A stretch of 64,000 bases of DNA. Origin: Azolla caroliniana (taxonomy: Eukaryota > Plantae > Polypodiophyta). The stretch is from contig JBHGNT010000009.1 in NCBI GenBank assembly GCA_043228905.1, positions 15,438,001 to 15,502,000 of the forward strand. The letters run 5' to 3'. The position numbers were made by a program, and so were the translations under genes. Positions within the stretch are counted from its first letter, which is position 1; every line of letters starts with the position of its first letter. The notes beneath the pieces are model-generated. The model did not search any database and was not told the origin of the DNA. It saw only the letters and a list, made by a program, of their open reading frames with translations. Shown in pieces: positions 27,078 to 39,400 of this stretch.

Positions 27078-28730
27078 GGCAAGAGTGACGGACAATGGGT
27101 ACCACAAAACGCAGGCCGATCACTGCGTGTTTGTGAAGAAGTTCGATGGAGGAGATTTCCTCATACTCCTACTATATGTGGACGACATGCTGATTGTCGG
27201 ACGAGACCTGAGGAAAATCAGAAGCTTGAATAAGGCCTCGAGTATATCGTTCTCGATGAAGGATATGGGTCTGGTAGAGTAAATCCTAGGGATGGACATT
27301 GTTCAAGATCGAACAAAGAAATTATTATGTTTGTCCCAGGAGCAATACGTGACAAAAGTGCTCCAGAGATTCAGCATGGAAAGCGCAAAACCGGTCAGCT
27401 TGACACTACCGACGAACTCCAAGCTTAGCAAAGATTAATGGTCAAAATCAAAAACTGAGAAGGCCGAGATGTCAAAAGTTCCTTATGCCTCGGCGGTCGG
27501 AACCTTGATGTACGCGATGGTATGTACCAGGCCGGACATTGGATACACAATCGGAGTGGTCAGCCGATATATGAGCAATCCCGAAAGAGAGCATTGGGTT
27601 ATTATGAAGTGGATACTTCGGTACCTAAGAGCCATCTTGAATGTGTGTCTTCGATTCGGCTCGGGTAATCCCACATTGGAAGGTTACACAAACTTAGACA
27701 TGTCGGCTGATGTAGATACCGGCCGATCCACGTCCGGATACATGATGACTTATGCAGGGGTAGTTGTCTCGTGGCAATCGAGGCTGCAGAAGACCGTGGC
27801 GCTGTCGATCACGGAAGCTGAGTACATGGTCGCAGCGGAAGCTGATAAGGAAGTAATTTGGATGAAGGAATTTATCGGAGAGTTGGGAATTCAACAAGAG
27901 GAATTTCGACTCCAGTGCGATAACTAGAGTGCCGTCCACCTTGCGAAAAATGCCGCCTACCACTCGAGGACCAAGCACATCCATAGGTGATATCATTGCC
28001 TCCAAGAGCGAGTAGAAGAAAAGGAGTTTGCTTTGATGAAGATCCACACATGGCCGAAAATGGATCCGACATGCTGATGAAAGTGCTATTAACAGAGAAG
28101 TTGAATGGGTGCCAACAAAGGGTTGAATTGATGAAGTACCCCATGCCGGAGTGAAGGGGGAGTTTGTTGGGAAACATGTCCCTCCAGATGGGAAGAAGAG
28201 AATGAACCAATTCCAATGGAGTCCAATGAGTATTTCGGTCGAGGCCGAGATCGAAATCGAGAACCGAAATCGATTTAATAGCCGATTCGGAAGACTATAT
28301 TTGTAAATAGTCCAAATATGCCCTTGTGGGGTTATGTATGTAAATAGCCAGAAAGTTGTATATGTATAAATACAACTAGGGCAAACTTATTAGTATATGT
28401 GAATCATTATAGTTGTAATAGTTAGACAGGTGGTAGTTGCCTCTGTAACTGTGAGTGTGTGAGAGTATAACTCTGGAGCCGTCTGTCAGACGAAGGAGAA
28501 CTCGAGGTCGTTGCCTCTGAGTTTCTTAGTTGTACTTCTTCTCTATCGTAGTGATATGTTTCTTGGGGTTTGTGGACCCTCGTGGTTTTTCCCAGTTTGG
28601 GTTTCCATGTTAAATATATGTCTCTATTCTTTCTGTTTTTCTCGTTTTCTGTTTGTGTATCTATTTTGCTCGTTTCTTTGCACCCAAACATTCGAACGTG
28701 AAACCGGTTGTGGCTGATCGATTCTCAACA
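27078..28730 (+). mobile_element. Truncated Tnt1-like copia 3' part (RT, RNase H, PPT, 3' LTR 28165-28730)
   Basis: YHKTQADHCVFVKK..LLYVDDML, VPYASAVG, SWQSRLQK; GAAGGGGGAG PPT then TGTTGGG..CTCAACA. Confidence 0.9.
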
Positions 28731-29826
28731 ACTACTAGACTCCGGCACCACATTTCACGTGACCCCCAACATCGAATGGTTTTCAGACTATTTGGCTAGT
28801 TCCAGCGACATAGTTTGATTAGGGACTGAGCAAGAGTTCTTAATCATAGGGATCGTATAGATCCCCTGTCGGTATATATGTATGTGTATATATATGTATA
28901 CGTATGCAGAAATGTTTGAGGACCTGTTTTCTTATGCTCGGAAAACAACACACAGAAAATACAGTGAATTGAGACTTTGACAACAAATCGAGCTTTAATG
29001 GAAAGCTTTGTATTACTTCCTTCTCTCGTAGAGATTCAATACACTTCTCATCATCTACTCGTCACTCATTACAATGTTAGGTATTCGCTTATATACTAAG
29101 CCCTAACTTATTAACGAGTTCATACTCGGATGGATACAATATGGAAGGAGTCGGCCTTTTATGCCAACAAACTCCCCCGTAAAAGGACCACTCTTTTGTA
29201 CATATGCAAATGCTTGGGGTTATCTCCCCTGTTGTCGTGAAGATTTCGGGCCACAGTGAGAAATCAGAGAATGTTGGAAGGATTGGCAAGGTGCACCCTG
29301 TGCACCCACCCTTGTACAGAATTAGCATAGGGGCAAATGGGTGCCTTTGTGGTGCCGAATAGGCAATAAAGTTGGGACAGAGGATCACATGTAATATGGG
29401 ATTTATCCTGCATTGTAACGTCCCTCCCTCCTTGGGCTATAAAAGGAAGGAAGGGGCCTCTTGTATGGAGTTGCCCATTTTGAGTCATAGGGGTATACCA
29501 TTTTGTAGAGGGTCATTTTGTTAAGAATTTCTAGGGTTAGTAATTGTCTTGTTGTCTTCTTCTTCTTCTCCTTCTTGAGAAGCTAGGCGCAGTAGCCATG
29601 GCGGCAAAGCTCTGTTAGGGTTAACGTCTTTTCTTCTGAGCGTAGCCCGGCTCGAACCCGGGGTTGTATCTTTTCTTTGTAATATATACACTTGTATCTG
29701 TCTGTGCATATTGGTGTATCCGGCAGTGTCGGGAGCATAGCCCTTCGTTCCCTGTGCATAAGAGTTGGTGTCGTGCGCACACTCTCTCTCTCTCTCTTGT
29801 GTTCGGTTGCCTCCGGGTCGTGTCCG

Positions 29827-30517
29827 TGTCAAGAACTGCTCGCTCCCTATGCGCAACACTCGGCCACAACCGAGCTTAGAATCATACACAGAAAACGGGA
29901 ATAAATGCACGACACAATGAAGAGAAGCGTACACAGGATGTTTATGTAGAAAAAACCCAAACTAGGGAAAAAAACCACGGCAGCCCACAGGCTGCAAACT
30001 ATCACTATGTTACAGTGTACAACAGTAAAGCATCGAGGCAACAACCTCGAGCTTTTAATCTTCGCCACAGGCGATGGTTACAATAGAGGCAATGACCTCT
30101 TCCTCTTTCTCACTCTGTACACAATTACACACTCTAATCTTGCACCAACAAGAATGACAACACACCTCTCGCTCTCACTCTCTTTGTACACTGTTACGCG
30201 CTCACTAGTCTTGCACCAACAAGAATGACAACAACTCTCTCGCTCTCACTAACAAAAGTTTTCCCTAAGTCATATTTATACTAATATGACTTTTTGGCTA
30301 TTTACAAATATAGCCACGATGGACTCTCAAAAACATATTTACGAATATGTCTCTTCATCCAGTGAGCACTCCTCACCGGGCTTGCATCATCCGGCGCTTG
30401 CCGGGTACTCGTCATCCAGTTCTCACCGAGTCTGCACCATCCGGCTCTTCGTAGCCGGGTACTCTTCATCCGGTTCTCACTGGGTCTGCACCATCCAGAG
30501 GGACCTGTTTCCTAACA
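29827..30517 (-). mobile_element. Copia solo LTR (691 bp) inserted in the D1 5' LTR
   Basis: TG..CA; TSD GTCCG/GTTCG; absent from the other D LTRs; homologous to 60151-60806 and partly to the LTRs of 35836-41164. Confidence 0.9.
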
Positions 30518-30615
30518 GTTCGGAGTCGGTTTTCTTGGCATCCCTTTTCCCCTCGTCCGAGATCCCCGTGGTGCCGCCCCTTTCTACATGTACACGCATA
30601 ATAACGCGACATATT

Positions 30616-30633
30616 TGGTGAACCCGACGTGAA
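30616..30633 (+). promoter_or_regulatory. PBS matching tRNA-Trp (TGGTGAACCCGACGTGAA)
   Basis: 4 nt after LTR end; complementary to the plant tRNA-Trp 3' end as recalled; second copy at 54057-54074 with one C>T. Confidence 0.8.
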
Positions 30634-31202
30634 GGGCGGCAAAGGAGAATGGAGTTGGAAGAAGACGACTTCACGCAACTCTTTGTCGAAGTTGTGAGGG
30701 AGTTTGGACGAGCAACAACAAGAAGCGAGACGGCGCAACAAGCTGTTGAGCGAGTGGTCGAAAGAGTCGGTCGTTTCAACGGGGACAAAGTCCCATTGTA
30801 CTTGGAAGGCTACAACGCGGAAATGGAGGAACGAGACCTAGACGAGGTGTTGAGGTTGGAGTTCTTCTGTTGGGTCATCGCCGTTCGTATGCACGCGGAA
30901 TGAAGGAGCTCCGAGAAGCTCATAGTTCGTGGGAGGCCTTTGAAGAGGCGCTCCTGGAGACGGGGCTTGGTTGATCACAGAGCGGAAGCTATCCACCGAC
31001 ACCACTAAAAGGGTTGGTGGCTTGGGAGGAGTCGCCGGAAGACGTTACGAAATCGGTTACCCCACATCTTGGCCGGAGACTTCGGCAGTTCAAGCCAACA
31101 TGACAACGTGAGACCGAAAGAGAAGGGAGATGGTAGGGGAGCCTAAAGGAGGGATCAACGGCGACGGGGAGAAACGGAAGGAGAAAGGAAGCCCGGTGCT
31201 AT

Positions 31203-32060
31203 GGGATCCTCACACCGATCCGGAGACGCCGGCAGTTCAAGCTGACGTGGCAACATGAGATCGAGTGAGAAGGATGGTGGCGGCAGGAAATAGGACCCAG
31301 CAATGCTGAGTGATAGTCGGACCCAGATGAGAACCGAGTGGAGCGGACTTCTGAATAACCCATCCGGAAGGGAGGAAGAAGCAGGCCTACAAAGAGGCCG
31401 GGAACACGGTACATCGGTACCATGAGGGAGGGTGTGGAGCAAGCCACCCTCTCGACATGCGGAGAAGGACGACCCGGAAAAGGGTCGGGAAGACAAATCG
31501 GAACCCAAGGAGGATCCTTCACACCGGATCTAGAGACTTCGGCTGTTGGCAGCGGAGCCGGCGTAAGACCAAGAGACTGACGGTGGCGGCGAGGGGATGA
31601 GGGCAAAAGGCAGCGAAAGACCGGTCCTAAGCGATCCTCACAACGATCCGGAGACACCAGCAGTTCAAGCTGACATGGCAACGTGAGACTGAGTGTGAAG
31701 GATGGTGGCGGCAGGAAACGGGAACCAACGATGTGGGAAGTGTGGATGGGCGATCCTACGACGATCCTTACACCGATCCGGAGACACCGGTAGTTCAAGA
31801 CGACATGGCAATGTGAGACTGAGTGAGAAGGACGGTGGCGACAGGTGAACGAGATCAAGCAAAAGGGAGCGACAAGGAGGTATGAGGCCGGCAAGGCGGC
31901 CACAAACTAGAACCGGACCTTCCGGCAAGGTCGATGGGCGTTCCTATGGGATCCTCACACCAATCCGGAGACACCGACAGTTCGAGCCCACATGGCAACG
32001 TGAGACCGAGTGAGAAGGATGGCGGCGGCAGGAAACGGGAATCGGCGATGCAGGAAGAGC
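31203..32060 (+). repeat. Array of ~83-bp core repeats with variable spacers inside D1
   Basis: GATCCTCACACCGATCCGGAGACACCGGCAGTTCAAGCCGACGTGGCAACGTGAGACCGAGTGAGAAGGATGGTGGCGGCAGG-like units near 31206, 31634, 31763, 31950 plus partial units. Confidence 0.9.
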
Positions 32061-35000
32061 GGACCGGGAGCTGGCAAGCCCGGAGTTGATGAGGGCCAAA
32101 CCCGGAGTTACGGTTTTGGAAGGAAGCCGGTGAGGGGTAAGCACGAGGCGGAACAAGAGACACATGAGTGGCCATCGAGGGCCGAAGCAAGCGCGAGTAC
32201 GGGACGGTGTTCGGCACAGGCGGTGCCGAACAAGGAAAGAATGGAGGGACGCATGGCACGCGGAGGCGTCGGAAAGAAAGTACGCGCGCGGTGGATGGTT
32301 GCTGGATCAGGAGATATCGGGTAGAAGACCGGAGAAGGATCCTCCACATCGGGTTCGGAGGCCTTGGCAATCTGAGCCGACGTGGCAACATAAGACCAAG
32401 GAGAAGGAAGGTGGCGGCGAGGGGACGAAGGCGATGGGCAACCGCACGGGACAACAACCAGGATCACGTGGACGATCGATTGAGGCAAGTGGGCTACGAT
32501 GGGTGTTCCTCAAGCGTAGAACACCAGGCGTACGGAGGAGAGCGGAGCGTGTATACGGCCGAGCGGAGGGCTAACGACGGGCACGCGTTCTAAGGGGTCG
32601 TGGTGGACGACCTATTGACGGGTTGAACGAGCCTACGGAGAGGCAAATGCACAAGATGAACCAGAGCCGACGGTTCAAACCGGCAGCGGTCGACGTGGCA
32701 AGCCAGGATGCAAGTCACGGAGGACCGGTTTCTCACTAGCCTGAATCTTTCACCTTTCTCCGGATTTGGCACAGACCAGTGGATGTACGGTTTGGTGGGG
32801 GAGGATGTCGTGAAGATTTCGGGCCACAATGAGAAATCAGAGAATGTTGGAAGGATCAGCAAGGGGCACCTTGTGCACCCACCCTTGTACAGAATTAGCA
32901 TAGGGGCAAAGGGGTGCCTTTCTGGTGCCGAATATGCAATAAAGTTGGGATAGAGGATCCCATGTAATATGGGATTTATCCCGCATTGTAACATCCCTCC
33001 CTCCTTGGGCTATAAAAGGAAGGAAGGGGTCTCTTGTATGGGGTTGCCCATTTTAAGTCATAGGGGTATACCATTTTGTAGAGGGTCGTTTTGTTAAGAA
33101 TTTCTAGGGTTAGTAACTGTCTTGTTGTCTTCTTCTTCTTCTTCTCCTTCTTGAGAAGCTGGGCGCAGTAGCCATGGCGATAAAGCTCTGTTAGGGTTAA
33201 CGTCTTTTCTTCTGAGCGTAGCCTAGCTCAAAGCCGGGGTTGTATCTTTTCTTTGTAATATATACGCTTGTATTTGTTTGTGCATATTGGTGTATCCGGT
33301 GGTGTTGGGAGCATAGCCCTTCTTCCCTGTGCATAAGAGTCGGTGTCGTGCACACACACACTCTCTCTCTCGTGTTCGGTTGCCTCTGGGTCGTGTCTAG
33401 AGTCAGTTTTCTTGGCATCCCTTTTTCCCTCGTCTGAGTCCCCCGTGGTCCCGCCCCTTTCTACACGCACGCGCGTAATAGCACGACACCGTAAACCTAG
33501 ATTACAAGTTTAACTAGATTTTATGTTACAAGTCTATCGGCAAGTAGCTGAGTCGGAAGAGGTATAGTATGAGTGTTGGTCAACTCTTACCTTCTGCTCC
33601 TCGTTCGACTTTTTTCTGCTCAGTCGCATGTCGTAGCCCCATCTTCGTCCTTAGTGTTCTGAAGCGTTGATCTGGGAGTGACTTGGTCAGGCAATCAACG
33701 ATGTTCACCTCGGTGTTGATCTTCCGGACTTCGAGCTTCTTCTCGGTCACGAGATCCCGGATATGATGATACTGCACCTCAATGTGCTTCGTCTTCGTAT
33801 GGTAGACAAGATTGTTGATGAGGTGTATTGCACTTTGTGAGTAGATGGTCGACGCTGGTCGGTCTATTCGGTTTGCAGTTCCGAAGTCGGCAGACAGTCC
33901 ATGTAGCCAGATCACTTCCTTCACTGCTTCCGATGCTGCTATGTACTCGGCTTCTGTGGTAGACAGAGTTGTGCACTCTTGAAGTTGCGACCTCCATGAT
34001 ATCGCCCCGCCACCATAGGTGAAGATGTAGCTTGATGTCGATTTCCGATTATCTGCATTTCTAGCATAGTCGGAATTGGTGTAGCCTTCGACTTCGGCTG
34101 AAGTGTTCAGTCTGAAAGTCAGCTGTGCATCCGTGGTTCCTTTTAGATACCTAAGGATGTGTTTGACGGCCTCCCAATGCTTCCTTCCGGGGTTAGACAT
34201 GTACTGGTTGACCACCCCTATGACATAGGCTAGGTCAGGTCGGGTCACCACCATTGCGTACATGATACTTCCTACTACCAATGCGTAGGGTACCTTTCCA
34301 TTAAGCTCTCTCTCCTTGTCCATTGCAGGAGAGTCTTTGTCTTATAGTCTAATCGACATCGAAAGCCGTGTCGGTGTTGGCTTCACATTCTCCATGTCAA
34401 AGCGCTTCAGCATCTTGCAGATGTATTCGGACTGGGAGAGTCGGAGAGTTTTGATCGTCCGATTTTGCTCTATCCTCGTGCCTAGTATGTGTTAGGCTTG
34501 TTCGAGTTCCTTCATCGCGAACTTTGCGTGGAGGCTCTGCTTCAGCTTACCGATCTTTGTGTGATTGCTTCCTGCAATCAACATGTCGTCGACGTATAGA
34601 ATTAGATAGATCCTTGACTCGTCGGCCCATTGCCGAACATACATGCATGGGTCGGAGTCTGATCTGTTGTATCCAAGCTGCCGTATGTAGGAGTCAAATT
34701 TCTGGTACCACATTCTCGGTGTTTGTTTGAGGCCATATATACTTTTCTTCAATCGACATATGAGGTGACTGTCCTCCCCCGTCCCCTTAAAGCCTGTTGG
34801 TTGAAACATGCATATGTCTTCTTCCAGATCTCTGTGCAGGAATGCCGTCTTTACGTCCATCTGCTCGAGCTCTAGGTCTTCTGTCGCCACAACTCCTAGT
34901 AGGAGTCAGAGGGTGGCCATCTTGACTATTGGTGAGAATATCTCTTCGTAGTCGACGTCGTATTCTTGTTTGAATCCCTTTGCGACAAGCCGAGCTTTGT

Positions 35001-35835
35001 ACTTGGGTTTCTCTGAGTCGGATACATAATTGTATCGGAAAACCCATTTGCAAGGTAGCGGCTTCCTTCTAGTTGGTAGTTCGACCAGCTCCCATGTCTG
35101 ATTCTGATGAATCGAGTCCATTTCGGATTTCATGGCTTGTACCCATGTTTCAGCATCCGGTGCGGCCATTGCTTCTTCGTAGGTGCTTGGTTCGCCTGCA
35201 TCCGTGTAGTTGACGTAGTCGAGGCCCGGTTGGTAGAATTCTATTTGCCTTTGAGCTCTATTGGTCAATCGGTATTAGTTGAACCATTTGTATCAGGAGT
35301 CTTGTTAGGTGTCCCACCCCCAGATTTTGATTTCGACCGTGTGTCTAGTTGTCCTCCCCTGTGGTTGTCGTTGACTCTTTTCTGACTTGTCTCTTGGTGA
35401 CTTTGACTTTATCGATCCTGGTCGATTCGGTTGTGTCTTTGATAACTTTGTCTTTGAGTTTGACGAGAGGACTTGTCGCCGATTCGGTGTCGGTAGGGAA
35501 GTTGGTAGCTTGTTGGACTTCGACTGTTTGTCGAGTCTTCGAATCGGCCTGGTGGGTCGGTCCTTATACGATAGTGTTGTCATCTTCGAAGGATACCTTC
35601 TTACCAACTGTTTTCTGTTGGTTCCGATGAGAGAAGATAGAGTATTCATTGAAGACTACGTCATTGCACCGGATCAATTTCCGGTTCTTAGGGTCCCATA
35701 GCTGGTAGCCGAAGTCCTCATCGGTTCCATAACCGAGAAATATGCACTTCGTTGCATGGGGTGCCAACTTCGTCCTTTTGTCCCTAGGGATGAACGCGTA
35801 GGCTTCGCATCCGAATATACGGAGCCTATCGTAGG

Positions 35836-36443
35836 TGTTGGGAATCGACGCTTCGATTCACCTTCACCGCTCGGCCACAACCGAGTAATCGCGAATCGAT
35901 GCAGCAGAAAATAGGAAATACAGAGAAAAACACGATACACAGGGATTAACGTGGAAAACCCTATACGGGAAAAACCACGGGAGTGCGAGACTCCAAACCA
36001 AACTATGCACAGAGAAATATACAATGGCGAGCTGCAAGGCAACGACCTTGAGCTCGCTTCCTTCGCCACAGGCGGCGGTATTACACAGAGGCGTCTACCT
36101 CTTCCTCTCTCGCGCTCTATCTCTCTCTCTCTCTCTCACGGCTGCTTACACTTCACTCCTCTTGAGTGGAAAAACAGAAAAATGAGAAGCAACAGTAAAA
36201 CTGTTTGCCCTAAGTCATATTTATACTTATATGACTTTGGGCCATTTACAACTATAGCCTCACGGGCCCATAGCGAACATATTCACGGATATGTCCCTGC
36301 ATCCGGATTGCTCTCCGGGTACATTCGTCATCCGGTACCGAAACCGGGGTCTTCGTCATCCGGATCCGAAACCGAAACCGGGCTTGTCGGCATTCATCTC
36401 CGATATCCGACCATCCCATCCGAAAGGGACCGAAATCCCAACA
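35836..36443 (-). repeat. 3' LTR of element I
   Basis: TGTTGGGA..TCCCAACA; matches 40557-41164. Confidence 0.97.
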
Positions 36444-36453
36444 AACTCCCCCT

Positions 36454-39400
36454 TCACTTCGGCATGGGATGTCTCTCCAATCCGATCCTCTTCCGGCATG
36501 CTTCCAGCTTGTCGGGTGTGAGCACCTTGGTCAGCATATCCGACCCGTTCTCGTCCGTGTGGACCTTCGTCAGCACGAACTCCTTGTCTTCTATCCTTTC
36601 CCGGATCTAGTGATATCTTCGCTGGATGTGCTTCGTCCGGGAGTGATAGGCCGCATTCTTCGCAAGGTGGATTGCACTCTGACTGTCGCAGTAGAGTCGG
36701 TACTCCTCCTGTTGGATACCGAGCTCTCTAATGAAGTCCTTCATCCATATTATCTCCTTGCCGGCTTCAACAGCCGCCATGTACTCTGCCTCCGTGGTTG
36801 ACAACGCAACCGTCTTCTGCAGCCTCGACTGCCATGAAACAGCTCCCCCTGCATACGTCATCACATACCCTGATGTGGACCGGCTGGTATCTGCATCAGC
36901 CGACATATCCGAATCGGTGAAACCGTCGAGTTCGGGTTTACCGGAGCCGAATCGGAGGCACACGTTTGCCGTGCCTTTCAGGTATCGGAGTATCCACTTG
37001 GCCGCGTTCCAATGCTCTTTGCCGGGATTGCTCATGTACCGGCTCACCACTCCGACTGCATATCCTATGTCCGGTCTCGTACACACCATGGCGTACATCA
37101 AGCTCCCGACGGCTGAGGCATACGGCACTTTCATCATATCCTCCTTTTCAGCCTTTGTCTTGGGACTTTGCTTGCTGGACAGCTTGCAGTTTGCCGGGAG
37201 GGTCGATCCGACCGGTCTTGCTTCCGACATGTTGAACCGGTGAAGCACCTTCGTCACGTACTTCTCCTGTGACAGCCACAACTGCTTCTTCTTCCGGTCC
37301 CGGATGATGTGCATCCCTAGTATTTGCCTCGCCGGACCCAGGTCCTTCATTGAGAAGGTTCGGTGAAGAGCCTTCTTCAGCATCCGTATCTTGACCTGGT
37401 CCCGTCCGACGATCAACATGTCGTCCACGTACAGGAGGAGTATTAGAAAGTCTCCTCCTTCGAACTTCTTCACAAACACGCAGTGGTCGGACTGCGTTTT
37501 GAGGTACCCTTCGTCGGTCATGAAGGAGTCGAACTTCCGGTATCATTGCCGGGGAGCCTGCTTCAGTCCATAAAGGCTCTTCTTCAATCGGCATACCAGG
37601 TGCTCCTTCCCTTTCTTCTCGAATCCTTCCGGTTGCTGCATGTAGATCTCTTCATCGAGGTCACCGTGAAGGAATGCCGTCTTCACGTCCATCTGTTCTA
37701 CCTCGAGGTCCATGCTTGCCGCTATGCTCAACACCGTCCGGATGGAGGTCATCTTCACTACCGGGGCAAATATCTCGTCGAAGTCGACGCCCTTCTTCTG
37801 CTGAAACCCCTTCACCACGATCCTGGCTTTGTATCTCGGGGGGTTTCCGGCATCTCCCGGTTTCAGCTTGAACACCCACTTGTTTCGAAGTGCCCGCTTT
37901 CCTTTCGGCAACTCCACAAGTTCATATGTGTGGTTCTCATGCAGGGAATCCATCTCGTCCTGCATGGCACTCAACCACCTGCGGCTCTGGGTGTCATGTT
38001 TTGCTTCTTCAAAGCTCTCCGGCTCCCCCTCGTCGGTTAGCAGCACGTGCTCTGGTTCCGGAAATCTCCGGGGGGCCCTTCTCTCTCTTAGAGGATATCT
38101 CCGTTCCGGAGCTTCGGTAACCGGTTCTTCCGATTCTTCTTCATCCGAATCCATTTCGGGATCGGGGCCGGTTCCGGTATCATTTTCGTCTTCTTCGGCC
38201 GGTTCGGTTTCTTCACCGTCTTCGGCCGGATCCTCGAGTGCTAACCGGTCCCTTGCCGGTCGGGACTGCTCCTCGTAGAGTTTATCCTCACCGGTCGACT
38301 TGGAGCTCTTCATCTTCTTCTCCGACTCCCAGTCGGCGAGTGTCTTGTCCTCCATGAAGATGATGTCTCGACTCCTGAATATCTTCTTGTCGACCGGGTC
38401 CCATACTCGGTAGCCGAACTCGTCGTCGCCGTAACCGAGGAATATGCATGGCCGGGTCTTTGGATCTAGCTTTCCTCTCCGGTCCTTTGCCACATGCACG
38501 TATGTGAGACACCCGAACACCTTCAGATGCCGGTAGGACACTTCCCTACCGGTCCACACTCTCTGCGGCGTGTCTCCGTCCAAAGGTACTGAGGGTGATC
38601 TGTTTATCACATATGTCGCCGTCGACATTGCCTCAGCCCAAAACCCCTTGGGTAATTTCGCATGCGCCAGCATACTCCGGACCCTCTCCATTATGGTCCG
38701 GTTCATCCTCTCGGCCAGCCCGTTCAGTTCCGGCGTCTTCGGCACAGTAAACTCGAGCCGTATTCCCTTCGAGCGACAGTACTCCTGGAACTGCCCCCGG
38801 TATTCCCCTCCGTTATCCGCTCGTATCGCTTTCAGCTTCTTGCCGGATTCCCTTTCCACTCTCGCGTGGAGTTCTTTGAAGACGCACAACACTTGGTCCT
38901 TTGTCTTGAACGGTGCCGTCCACAGCTTCCGGCTGTGGTCATCAATGAATGTTACGAAGTACTGGGCTCCGCCATGTGACTTCGTTTCTACCTGACACAC
39001 GTCGGTGTGCACCAACTCCAATGGTGCGCTACGTCTCGTCGGTGGCCTTGAGTGGAAGGAGGTTCGGTTCTGCTTACCGGCCAGGCAGTCGGTGCACTTG
39101 TCCAGGTGCACATGCTTCACTGGAATAAGGTTGTCTTCTGCAAGCCTCTTCATCCCCTTCTCACTCATGTGGCACAATCTTTTGTGCCACAGCTCACCGG
39201 CAGTGTCGGCTGCCACATTCAGCTCTTCCGGACATAACCGGGCATTCATCAGGTACAGTGTGTTGACCTTCCGGGCCCGAGCCACTATCAAGCTCCCCTT
39301 GCTGAACTTCATGACACCGTTCCGGATGCTACCCGTGTAGCCTTCATCATCTAGCCTCCCGGCCGAAATCAGGTTCAGTCGGACCTCCGGAACGTGTCGG

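Larger units (their letters stand above)
29233..33488 (+). mobile_element. Non-autonomous LTR element D1 (gag-like remnant, internal repeats, no pol)
   Basis: LTRs 29233-30611 (interrupted) and 32806-33488, TGTCGTG..CGACA; PBS 30616-30633; PPT TGGTGGGGGAGGA; flanks CTGT/CCGT. Confidence 0.9.

Noticed and set aside
31203-32060. CRISPR-like repeat/spacer appearance (also 55955-56990 and 60815-61380)
   Set aside because: Units are too long and degenerate, spacers are irregular and related to each other, there are no cas genes, and the arrays lie inside eukaryotic LTR elements
35951-36610. 219/220-aa plus-strand ORFs here and at 40672-41334
   Set aside because: Antisense read-through of near-identical LTRs; no recognisable domain
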